Assembly: GCA_002869165.1 (NCBI GenBank) | Contig: PKTK01000001.1 | Span: forward strand, 93,006 to 157,005 | DNA length: 64,000 bases | Source: Candidatus Parcubacteria bacterium | GTDB taxonomy: Bacteria; Patescibacteriota; Patescibacteriia; Patescibacteriales; UBA12075 | Reading direction: 5' to 3' | Shown here: positions 9,216 through 17,111 of the stretch, one piece after another | How positions within the stretch are numbered: the stretch's first letter is position 1 | Layout of the letters: every line of letters starts with the position of its first letter | The notes under the pieces: model-generated | Told to the model about the DNA's origin: nothing | What the model saw: only the letters and a program-made list of their open reading frames with translations | The model's database searches: none | Made by a program: the position numbers and the translations under genes

Positions 9216-9659
9216 ATGAAGTTATCAATAAAAAAGGGTTTTAACTTTGGTTTGACATCGGGAGTGATTACAACTTTGGGATTGATAGTCGGCTTACACT
9301 CAGGTACGCAATCAGATGTTGTGGTGATTGGCGGAATTTTGGTTATAGCTGTAGCCGACGCTATGTCGGATGCTTTGGGGATTCATATCTCTGAAGAATC
9401 GAAAAATGAACATTCAGTAAAAGAGATTTGGGAAACCACGATTTTCACGTTTTTGTCAAAATTTTTTTGCGCTCTGATCTTTGTGATTCCTTTTTTGTTT
9501 TTTTCTTTATTATTTTCAATTATCATATGTATTATTTGGGGACTTAGTCTTATTGTATTGCTTAGTTATAAAATGGCTAAACAACAGGGGACAAACCCTA
9601 TTGGCGTCATATCTGAACATTTGTTTATTGCTATAGCAGTTATATTGATCACTCATTAG
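9216..9659 (+). CDS. VIT1/CCC1-like small membrane protein
   Basis: GLTSGVITTLGLIVGL...VVVIGGILVIAVADAMSDALGIHISEES resembles the membrane core of the VIT family; from memory only. Confidence 0.5.
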   Translation: MKLSIKKGFNFGLTSGVITTLGLIVGLHSGTQSDVVVIGGILVIAVADAMSDALGIHISEESKNEHSVKEIWETTIFTFLSKFFCALIFVIPFLFFSLLFSIIICIIWGLSLIVLLSYKMAKQQGTNPIGVISEHLFIAIAVILITH

Positions 9660-9729
9660 ATAGGAGATTTGGTGGCAACTTTTAATTGATATATAGATAA
9701 TATAGTAAAATCATTACTTAAGTAGGATA

Positions 9730-9753
9730 TAAAAACAGCTAAATGGCTGTTTT
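9730..9753 (+). terminator. Rho-independent terminator
   Basis: aaaaacagc / gctgttttt stem with a 6-nt loop; the T-run is part of the 3' arm. Confidence 0.6.
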
Positions 9754-9913
9754 TATGCTTTGGTATGCTTTTTAAAATAAAAATGCTAGTTTATGAGTAT
9801 TAGTATTACAATTTAGATAGCAATGCATGGTTTAAGATTAAAAATGCGTATTAATTATTATGAGGACTAAATGAAAAAATATCGAAAAATGTAAAAATAA
9901 AAGTGATGAAGAA

Positions 9914-10456
9914 TTGGTAGCACTGACCCTTCGGGACCAGGATTTTTTGTTGTGCATTATCAAAAATTATGAGAGTAAGTTACTCAAATATATTATTAGG
10001 ATATCCAGTGTGTCACTAGAGGAAGCCGAGGATATTTTGCAGGAGGTGTTTATTAAAGTTTATTATAATCTAAAAAGCTTTGATCAGAGTCTAAAATTTT
10101 CCTCCTGGATATATCGCATTACTCACAATCAAGTTATCAGTAATTTTCGTAAATCAAAAGCACGGGCTGAAACAGTAGACTTGGATATAAATAATGAGAT
10201 CATTGGAAATATTGTCAGTGAGTTTGATGTAAAGGTTGAAATTGATAATAAGATATTTGAGAAAAAAATCAATAGTATATTAAAGGCAATGGACAAGAAA
10301 TACAGAGAGGTGTTGTTTCTTTATTTATTAGAAGAAAAGAGCAGCCAGGAAATTTCAGATATTTTAAAGAAAAGGATTGGTACGGTTTATTCTCTTATTA
10401 GTAGAGGTAAACAGATTATAAAAAAAGAATTAGAAAAAAAAGATGAAAAACACTAA
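9914..10456 (+). CDS. ECF-type RNA polymerase sigma-70 family factor
   Basis: Region 2 (FSSWIYRITHNQVISNFRK) and region 4 HTH (SSQEISDILKKRIGTVYSLISRGKQIIKKEL). Start uncertain; see the finding on 9871-9916. Confidence 0.85.
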   Translation: MVALTLRDQDFLLCIIKNYESKLLKYIIRISSVSLEEAEDILQEVFIKVYYNLKSFDQSLKFSSWIYRITHNQVISNFRKSKARAETVDLDINNEIIGNIVSEFDVKVEIDNKIFEKKINSILKAMDKKYREVLFLYLLEEKSSQEISDILKKRIGTVYSLISRGKQIIKKELEKKDEKH

Positions 10457-11192
10457 AATACAACTTAGCAAAAATATATTTGACGCTATAAAAGAAAAGA
10501 AAGTAGAACCAAGAGCTAAGTGGCAGTGTTTATTATTCAGTCGAATAGCTTGGGCCATAAGTTTTGTGCTGGTAGTGATAGGTAGTCTGGCTTTTTCGGT
10601 TGTGCTTTATATGGTTATTAATAATGACTGGGATCTCTATACTCATCTTGGTGATAGTTTGATTGAATTTATCTTTGTGACTCTCCCATATTTTTGGATA
10701 CTTATCCTTGCGGTCTTAGTACTGCTTGCTTTATTTAGTTCAAAATTCACTGAAGATGCGTATCGTTATAAACTAGCTACCTTGATTTTTGCTAGCTTGA
10801 TTGTGAATGTTATTTTGGGGGGAACTTTTTATGTATTTGGAATGGGCGAGTTTATTGATTTGCAGTTGCAAAAAGAGATTCCGCTCTACAATTCTCTATC
10901 ATACGACAAGGATAAAATGTGGACACAACCAGAAAAAGGCATTTTAGCAGGGACCATTATTAGCCAAAACGGAGACGAACTAGTTGTAGAGGATTATTTA
11001 TCAAATACTTGGACAATTGTAATTTCAGCTAATAGTAATATCAAAGGAAGGGTGATGCTGAAAACGGGAGAAAAGATAAAGATAATTGGTAGTCTTGGTA
11101 AAGGTAATGTTTTTTTGGCTAATGAAATCAGACCATGGACAAATCAAGGTTTGGGGGGTGGAAGAGGAATGCATGGATATACTACGCCTTAG
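10443..11192 (+). CDS. Putative anti-sigma / sigma-associated polytopic membrane protein
   Basis: Overlaps the sigma gene by 14 nt. Short cytoplasmic N-terminus, four hydrophobic helices, soluble C-terminal domain. Role assigned by position only. Confidence 0.5.
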   Translation: MKNTKIQLSKNIFDAIKEKKVEPRAKWQCLLFSRIAWAISFVLVVIGSLAFSVVLYMVINNDWDLYTHLGDSLIEFIFVTLPYFWILILAVLVLLALFSSKFTEDAYRYKLATLIFASLIVNVILGGTFYVFGMGEFIDLQLQKEIPLYNSLSYDKDKMWTQPEKGILAGTIISQNGDELVVEDYLSNTWTIVISANSNIKGRVMLKTGEKIKIIGSLGKGNVFLANEIRPWTNQGLGGGRGMHGYTTP

Positions 11193-11246
11193 CGTATAAA
11201 TAAACAGAGGCCTTCGAAACTAATAAATAATAGTAATTTAAAAAAT

Positions 11247-11711
11247 ATGAAGAAAAATTCAACATTTTTAGGAATAGGCGCTTTAAGCTTATTACTAGTA
11301 GCTGGTGTAGCTTTTTCAGCCAGCGCATACCAGGGCAACTATTCAGTCCAAGGACCAAATTACTCTGAAGACCGTGATGAGATCATGACTGAAGCATTTG
11401 AAACAGAAAATTATGCTTCATGGTCTGAGCAAATGAACGGACGAGGAAGAGTTACTGAAGTGGTTAACGCAGATAACTTTGCAAAATTTGCTAAAGCTCA
11501 TGAATTAGGTAAAGCAGGGCATACAGAAGAAGCCGATTCTTTGAGAGCAGAGCTTGGTTTAAGAACAAGTAATGGCGAAAGTTTGGGAATGGGCTATAGG
11601 GGTGGAAACGGCGGAAGAGGTCAAGGTCAAGGTGGTGGCCAAGGTCAAGGTAGTCGTGGAGCTAGCTATGTAGATTCTAATGGTGATGGTTTATGTGATA
11701 ATTTGAATTAA
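11247..11711 (+). CDS. Secreted protein with Gly/Gln-rich tract and DxDGDGxCD tail
   Basis: Signal peptide (LLLVAGVAFSASA/YQ), GGNGGRGQGQGGGQGQGSRG tract, DSNGDGLCDNLN tail. The central helical domain is paralogous to 43432..43776. Confidence 0.6.
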   Translation: MKKNSTFLGIGALSLLLVAGVAFSASAYQGNYSVQGPNYSEDRDEIMTEAFETENYASWSEQMNGRGRVTEVVNADNFAKFAKAHELGKAGHTEEADSLRAELGLRTSNGESLGMGYRGGNGGRGQGQGGGQGQGSRGASYVDSNGDGLCDNLN

Positions 11712-11734
11712 TCAAATTTTAAACCTTATAAAAA

Positions 11735-11765
11735 AACAGCCTCTCTTAAAAGAGGTTGTTTTTTT
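11735..11765 (+). terminator. Rho-independent terminator
   Basis: aacagcctct / agaggttgtt stem (one G-U pair) followed by ttttt. Confidence 0.65.
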
Positions 11766-11811
11766 GTAGGTTTGTTTTTTCAGTTCTGTATTGAAAAAGT
11801 AGTGCTTCTTA

Positions 11812-11884
11812 TATCATGCTTAGTGAAGCGAAGTATCTCGTTTCTTTATAATTGGCGGGATTTTTCATTTATTTCAGGATGACA
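11812..11884. repeat. Short inverted-repeat element (decayed copy of the 43849..43924 element)
   Basis: Left arm tatcatgcttagtgaagcgaagtatctcg; right arm cgggatttttcatttatttcaggatgaca. Shares ...gaagtatctcg and tcag.atgaca termini with the element at 43849. Confidence 0.55.
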
Positions 11885-11924
11885 AGTGTTATTTATTGGG
11901 TAATTATTTTAGAGACTACTCCTA

Positions 11925-12123
11925 GACTCTACAATATTTAGCGTGACATTTTTTGCTATTTCAGGCCGAAAGCGAATGCGAAGGGAATCCAGGTGGTAGC
12001 GGTAATAATGCATATATTAAAATAAACATTTAAGAGAGTAAAAAAGTTAATTCTAAATATTTTTTATTTATTCTGTATTACTCCAAGATTCTCTTTCCTC
12101 GCTAACGTTCGCCAGGAATGACA
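11925..12123. repeat. Long inverted-repeat (MITE/REP-like) element, same family as 47255..47480 in opposite orientation
   Basis: gactctacaatatttagcgtgac + gctatttcaggccgaaagcgaatgcgaagggaatccagg ... ccaagattctctttcctcgctaacgttcgccaggaatgaca. The reverse complement of the 47407-47480 arm aligns to it by eye. Confidence 0.65.
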
Positions 12124-12235
12124 GCTACTTTTAGGTTTTTTATAATATCAAATAGTTGAAAAAACTGGTTTTTTAAGTAATAAGCTATTAGTTTAAATCA
12201 GTTTATCCACATTAAATTTTATAGAGCCTAGCCCC

Positions 12236-12264
12236 TTGACATTTTCTATAAAATATATTATACT
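12236..12264 (+). promoter_or_regulatory. Near-consensus sigma-70 promoter for the DEAD-box helicase gene
   Basis: TTGACA (12236-12241), 17-nt spacer, TATACT (12259-12264). Confidence 0.6.
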
Positions 12265-12282
12265 TTTTTGGTAATTAAATAG

Positions 12283-12305
12283 GATAACTTGTATTAGAAG
12301 TTATC
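12283..12305 (+). promoter_or_regulatory. 5'-UTR hairpin upstream of the DEAD-box helicase
   Basis: Perfect 8-bp stem gataactt / aagttatc with a 7-nt loop, between the promoter and the start codon. Confidence 0.4.
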
Positions 12306-12373
12306 AAAGGGACTCTACAAAGCTGTCATGTATTTTGGGGAAATGGTGGCAAGTAAAGTACATAGAAAAATAT

Positions 12374-14035
12374 ATGACACAATTTAAAGATTTAGGCCTT
12401 GGCACCTTAGTGCTAAAAGGTCTATCTGACCTTGGTTTTGAAAAACCGTCAGAAATTCAAGCAGAGGCTATTCCGTTTATTGTAGAAAATAAACAGGATC
12501 TTATCGCCTTGGCACAAACCGGTACAGGTAAAACAGCTGCTTTTTCTTTGCCTATTTTAGAAATGATTGATGCAGACAAAAAAGATCTACAAGCAATGGT
12601 TATTTGTACGACTAGAGAGCTTTGTTTGCAAATATCTCAAGACATTAGAGACTTTTCTAAATATATAAAAGGAATAAACGTGGTAAGTGTTTATTGGGGT
12701 GAGAGAGTTGATTTGCAGTTACGTAATTTGAAAAAAGGCGCAAATATTGTAGTGGGTACTCCTGGGCGATTGCATGATTTTATTAATCGCAATAAAATCA
12801 AGACGGATAAACTGGAGTATTTGGTTTTAGATGAAGCGGACGAAATGCTTGATATGGGCTTCAAAGATGATTTGGATGCTATTTTAGAGAATGCATCTAA
12901 AAATAGACAGACCTTGCTTTTTTCAGCAACATTTTCTGCTAGCGTCAGAAAAATAGCTAAAGAATACATGAAAGAAGCAAAGGAGATAAAAATTGGCAAG
13001 GAAAATGCCGGGGCTGTAAATGTAAAACATGAGTATTATATAGTGGAAGCTTTCAATAGGTATGAAGCTTTGGAGAGGATTATTGATTCTTTGAGCGATG
13101 TGTATGGGATAATTTTTTGTCGAACCAAGATTGAAACTCAAGAGGTGGCTGACAAGCTGAAACAATCTGGTTATGACGCAGAAGCCATTCATGGGGATAT
13201 CAATCAGAATACTAGAACAAAGATCATGGCCAGTTTTAAAAAAAGAGTTATTAAACTATTAGTAGCTACCGATGTGGCATCTCGAGGGATTGATGTAAGC
13301 GATTTGACTCATGTTATAAATTATAATTTACCAACTCAAGAAGAGGCCTATACACATAGATCTGGCAGAACAGGAAGAGCTAATAATAGCGGTACATCTA
13401 TTTCAATATGCGGCATCAGAGACCTGGGACGTATCAAAAGATTAGAGAAGATGATTGGTCAGGATTTTCTATACAAAAAAGTTCCCAGTTTAGCAGGAAT
13501 CATTGATAGTAAAATCGATACATATATAAATAAAATTGAAACGGAAGCTCCTGGTACACTTGAAAGTAATTATTGTGATAAAGTCATTGAAAGGATGAAG
13601 AAAATAAAAAAAGAAGATCTTATTAAATTTTTAATTCAGGAAAAATTTGGTCGTATCATAAATAGTAATTCTGTAGAACAAGATTTAAATGCGGATTTGA
13701 AAAAGACAAAGAAACATTTGTCTGGTCCAAATGTACAAGCCTTACGTCTAAGTATTGGCAAGAAGCAAAGAGCTGATATCAAAACTATTTTTGCACTTAT
13801 CAATTCAAATAAGGACACCAAAGGCATGGATGTGGGCAGAGTCATTGTAAAACAAAACTACTCTATGATATCAGTTTCAAATAAAGACGCTGATAAGATA
13901 CTTGATAGCTTGGATAACGAGAGTTGGCGTGGACAGAGGTTAATGATCGAAAGAAGTAATGAAGCGTTGTCAGCCTCTAGATCAGCAGGTCGGCATAGTA
14001 GAAGAAGACGAAGAAGTAGTAGTAGGCGAAGATAA
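12374..14035 (+). CDS. DEAD-box ATP-dependent RNA helicase (DeaD/CsdA-like, with DbpA-type RNA-binding domain and Arg-rich tail)
   Basis: Q-motif region, AQTGTGKT, VLDEADEMLDMGF, SAT, HRSGRTGRA. C-terminal ...RLSIGKKQRADIKTIF...GRVIV... and RRRRRSSSRRR. ATG at 12374 (MTQFKDLGL) is preferred over the TTG at 12335. Confidence 0.9.
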   Translation: MTQFKDLGLGTLVLKGLSDLGFEKPSEIQAEAIPFIVENKQDLIALAQTGTGKTAAFSLPILEMIDADKKDLQAMVICTTRELCLQISQDIRDFSKYIKGINVVSVYWGERVDLQLRNLKKGANIVVGTPGRLHDFINRNKIKTDKLEYLVLDEADEMLDMGFKDDLDAILENASKNRQTLLFSATFSASVRKIAKEYMKEAKEIKIGKENAGAVNVKHEYYIVEAFNRYEALERIIDSLSDVYGIIFCRTKIETQEVADKLKQSGYDAEAIHGDINQNTRTKIMASFKKRVIKLLVATDVASRGIDVSDLTHVINYNLPTQEEAYTHRSGRTGRANNSGTSISICGIRDLGRIKRLEKMIGQDFLYKKVPSLAGIIDSKIDTYINKIETEAPGTLESNYCDKVIERMKKIKKEDLIKFLIQEKFGRIINSNSVEQDLNADLKKTKKHLSGPNVQALRLSIGKKQRADIKTIFALINSNKDTKGMDVGRVIVKQNYSMISVSNKDADKILDSLDNESWRGQRLMIERSNEALSASRSAGRHSRRRRRSSSRRR

Positions 14036-14063
14036 TTTGAAAGATTTGATTTATTGAATAAAA

Positions 14064-14089
14064 AATCACAGTTAGCTATAACTGTGATT
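14064..14089. terminator. Bidirectional terminator between convergent genes
   Basis: Perfect 10-bp stem aatcacagtt / aactgtgatt, 6-nt loop, with A-run and T-run flanks. Confidence 0.7.
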
Positions 14090-14112
14090 TTATATTTTGT
14101 GACCTGTATTTT

Positions 14113-14556
14113 TTAATGTATGTATAACCAACAAGCCAACATAATTAATCCCTGAGGAATCATTCCAGAATAGAAGTTGGCGTGACTGTGAAAACGTTTA
14201 TCGATTCGATTAATGATGCTATTGGTACCAAGCTTCCATTCAAGAAATGTCAAAATATCAGGTAGCATAGCAAATCCAGCTCCGATTAGTATTATATGAG
14301 TAAGACTAGGATTGTGAAGAGCAAAGATTATGGTAAGAGTGATGCCAATAATTGGTTCAATTATTTTAAGGAATAATTCTTTTTTATTTACGCTTTTGAG
14401 TCCATTTTCTTTGTATGAATCTATACCCTTGGGATTGTAATGAGGAATAGCATCCATTATGTAATTAGATATTAGAGCTAGGGGAATGGTTAGTTCCACG
14501 CTATTTGTGGCTAGACCTATGCTAGCACCGGCAAGTAGGTGAGCAGAAGTTATCAT
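14113..14556 (-). CDS. Polytopic membrane protein, unknown function
   Basis: 147-aa ORF with 4-5 hydrophobic helices and several His residues. No confident family. Confidence 0.5.
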   Translation of the reverse strand: MITSAHLLAGASIGLATNSVELTIPLALISNYIMDAIPHYNPKGIDSYKENGLKSVNKKELFLKIIEPIIGITLTIIFALHNPSLTHIILIGAGFAMLPDILTFLEWKLGTNSIINRIDKRFHSHANFYSGMIPQGLIMLACWLYIH

Positions 14557-14966
14557 GAGAATTATTATTTTTAATTTTTATCAATAAAAATACCGAACAT
14601 TATTTCGGTATTTTTTGTTAATTCTATTATATCATACATTTTTTTTGATGTCATATTTTTGTATTAGTTCACCGCATATTGGATAATGTAGCCATTATTG
14701 ATTAAATAATCTATTATTTAAATTCTAATTGTATTTTTTTGTCCTGCTTCGTAGTCCAATATGTATCTGAATAGGACATTTTTTTGATGTATTGACTTTT
14801 TGAAGTAGAAAATAAAAATAAAATATTTTCTAGAGGAATAATTTTATTAGATTTTTTTAATATTTTTTTCAGTTCAAGTTTATATTTTTATGGTATAAGT
14901 ATTTTGTAGTATAAAATTAACAAAGGTCGAATTTATATATTTATTAAATGCGTTAATTTTAATAGT

Positions 14967-15353
14967 ATGAAAAAAAATACCATAGCGATTGGTTTAATTG
15001 TTATCTTTGCTCTGGCTTTTACTTTTCCAGCTTTAGCAAAGAACGATAATGAGAATAATAGTCAGGCTATTGGTCAAGATCCTATTAGGCTAGCATTGAC
15101 ACAATGTTCCAATGCCGGAATAGGCAATGGGGGAGAGTGGATATTGGGACTAAAAAGGAATGGGTATGTATTAATGTATGTTGAATGTTTAGAGAGATTC
15201 TATGGAGGCCCGTTGACACAGGATCAGATCGCATCCATAAAAGCTCAAACGACTTGTGAATATGCCTACATTGACAATCTAAGAGCCTGGGCTTTTATCT
15301 GTGAAGTTGATCCTGGAAATTCAGCAGACCATAATGCCAATAACACAAAATGA
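14967..15353 (+). CDS. Small secreted protein, unknown function
   Basis: Signal peptide (IGLIVIFALAFTFPALA/KN) and 4 Cys. A terminator-like hairpin aagagtaa/ttactctt lies downstream. Confidence 0.55.
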   Translation: MKKNTIAIGLIVIFALAFTFPALAKNDNENNSQAIGQDPIRLALTQCSNAGIGNGGEWILGLKRNGYVLMYVECLERFYGGPLTQDQIASIKAQTTCEYAYIDNLRAWAFICEVDPGNSADHNANNTK

Positions 15354-15653
15354 GAAAACAAACTTAAAAGTAGAAGAGTAAATTGTTCAATTACTCTTTT
15401 GCTTTTATAAAAGATATAAAAATAAGACGGAGTGCCTTGATGTATTAGTTAAAAATATAAAATAAATACACAGTGCAACTAAAAAAATAATTTGATAAAG
15501 TTCTATTAGCAGTATTAATTAAATTTGAATTTAAAAAGCACATAAAACTACTTTTAGGTTGAGGTGGTTTTTTTGTATGAAATAGGGTGTTTAATTAAAT
15601 ATAATTAGTTAATAATTCAGGTCTAATTTATTGCTTATATATCATGTTTTTAT

Positions 15654-15682
15654 TTGCACGGTTTGTAAAAATATGAGATAAT
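15654..15682 (+). promoter_or_regulatory. Putative promoter of the AbrB-like gene
   Basis: TTGCAC (15654-15659), 17-nt spacer, GATAAT (15677-15682). Confidence 0.45.
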
Positions 15683-15707
15683 AGTAACGTACCATGGTAC
15701 GTTACTA
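15682..15707. promoter_or_regulatory. Perfect 26-bp palindrome (putative operator)
   Basis: tagtaacgtacca|tggtacgttacta. It abuts the -10 and lies 16 nt upstream of the AbrB-like start codon. Confidence 0.6.
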
Positions 15708-15723
15708 AATATTAAAAAAAATT

Positions 15724-15888
15724 ATGGCAGAAAAAGAGATACGTAAATTAACTAAAACTGGCAGAGGGTCGATGTATGTGGTTTTGCCCAAGGATTTTTT
15801 AGATAATCTAGGATGGAGATCAAAACAGAAATTGGTTGTTGAAAGAAAAAGAGGTGGTTTATTCATAAGAGATTGGCGAAAAAAATAA
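15724..15888 (+). CDS. AbrB/MazE/SpoVT-family DNA-binding mini-protein (54 aa)
   Basis: Below track threshold. MAEKEIRKLTKTGRGSMYVVLPKDFLDNLGWRSKQKLVVERKRGGLFIRDWRKK shows the swapped-hairpin pattern. Paralog of 44962..45132. Confidence 0.7.
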   Translation: MAEKEIRKLTKTGRGSMYVVLPKDFLDNLGWRSKQKLVVERKRGGLFIRDWRKK

Positions 15889-16009
15889 AATATTTACTAA
15901 TTTTTAAAATTGTGCTAGAAAGTAATTTTTTAGCCAATTTTTTATTAAAAAGAAAGAAATATTTCTAATGTGCGTATAATAAGAAGTGCTAAAAAATAAT
16001 TGAATTAAT

Positions 16010-16372
16010 ATGAATAATAAAACTAAAAAAATTGGTTTAATAGCTACATTGTTACTTATGGTAGGTTCCTTGAGCGCTTGCAAGGAAACAAGCGATGTTA
16101 ATAGTGTTGGCAGTATTTCGTCTGCTACCAACGATGATAATGACCAACAAATAGACACTACAGATAATGGGCTTAACGAAGAAACAGGTAATCTATCTAT
16201 AAGTGGTAGATGTAATGGTTGCGGTCATTGTTCTCTGATTGATAGTGAACATTTTTCAAGGAGTTTTGGTCGTAGTGCACCAACGGTTATTTCTCAGGAT
16301 AATTTAGATTCAAGTAATTTGTTAGCAGCTATAAATCGCTGTCCAACAAGAGCTATTCAATTAACCAGTTAA
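16010..16372 (+). CDS. Lipoprotein-anchored single-cluster ferredoxin-domain protein
   Basis: Lipobox MVGSLSAC, S/D/N-rich linker, then CNGCGHC...RCPTRAI (Cx2Cx2C...CP ferredoxin pattern). Confidence 0.7.
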   Translation: MNNKTKKIGLIATLLLMVGSLSACKETSDVNSVGSISSATNDDNDQQIDTTDNGLNEETGNLSISGRCNGCGHCSLIDSEHFSRSFGRSAPTVISQDNLDSSNLLAAINRCPTRAIQLTS

Positions 16373-16376
16373 TGAT

Positions 16377-17057
16377 ATGTTCAAGAAAAAGATCAAGGCT
16401 ATCAGATACCTAAGCAGAATTTTATTTTTAGTGGTCATTGTGGCCACTGCAGGCTTAGTACAGTTCCATATCAGTCTTGGTCTTTTGATTTTGGCTATAG
16501 TTTCGGGAGCTTCTTTTTGTGGATGGTTGTGCCCATTTGGTCTTTTGCAAGATATTGGTGGAGAGATTGGTAAGAAATTGTTAAAAAAAAGGTATAGATT
16601 GCCAGTAAAATATCAAAAATTCTTTCAATATTTTAGATATTCTCTTTTTACGCTTCCTTCTCTTGGCTTGGGGATTGTTTTTATTTATGATCCACAAATT
16701 TCTTTATTATCACTTCTGTCCAATATTTATGTATCCATAGGCGCCTGGATGGTGCTTATTATCTTTGTGATTTTATCAATATTTATAGATAGACCATTTT
16801 GTAATTATTTTTGCATTGAAGGGTCGCTAATTAGTCTTCAGGGAATATTACGAATATTCAGGATTAAACGTGATAAAAATACTTGTATTAGTTGTGGTGC
16901 TTGTGACAGAGTTTGTCCGATGAATATTGAAATTAGTAATAAAAAGCAAGTAAATAGTATTAATTGTATTAATTGTTTTGAGTGCCTGGAGTTGTGTCCT
17001 AAAAAGTCGCTTAGTTTTGGACTTTTAAAATTAAAGAATTTGTTTTCAAATAAATGA
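16377..17057 (+). CDS. NapH/MauN-like membrane polyferredoxin (4Fe-4S binding)
   Basis: FCGWLCPFGLLQD and PFCNYFC membrane CxxxC(P) motifs. Two clusters: CISCGACDRVCP and CINCFECLELCP. Starts 4 nt after the previous gene. Confidence 0.8.
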   Translation: MFKKKIKAIRYLSRILFLVVIVATAGLVQFHISLGLLILAIVSGASFCGWLCPFGLLQDIGGEIGKKLLKKRYRLPVKYQKFFQYFRYSLFTLPSLGLGIVFIYDPQISLLSLLSNIYVSIGAWMVLIIFVILSIFIDRPFCNYFCIEGSLISLQGILRIFRIKRDKNTCISCGACDRVCPMNIEISNKKQVNSINCINCFECLELCPKKSLSFGLLKLKNLFSNK

Positions 17058-17111
17058 CAAATAATTATATCCGTGTTAAAATTGTAGTATTAGAATATTT
17101 AAAATAATATT

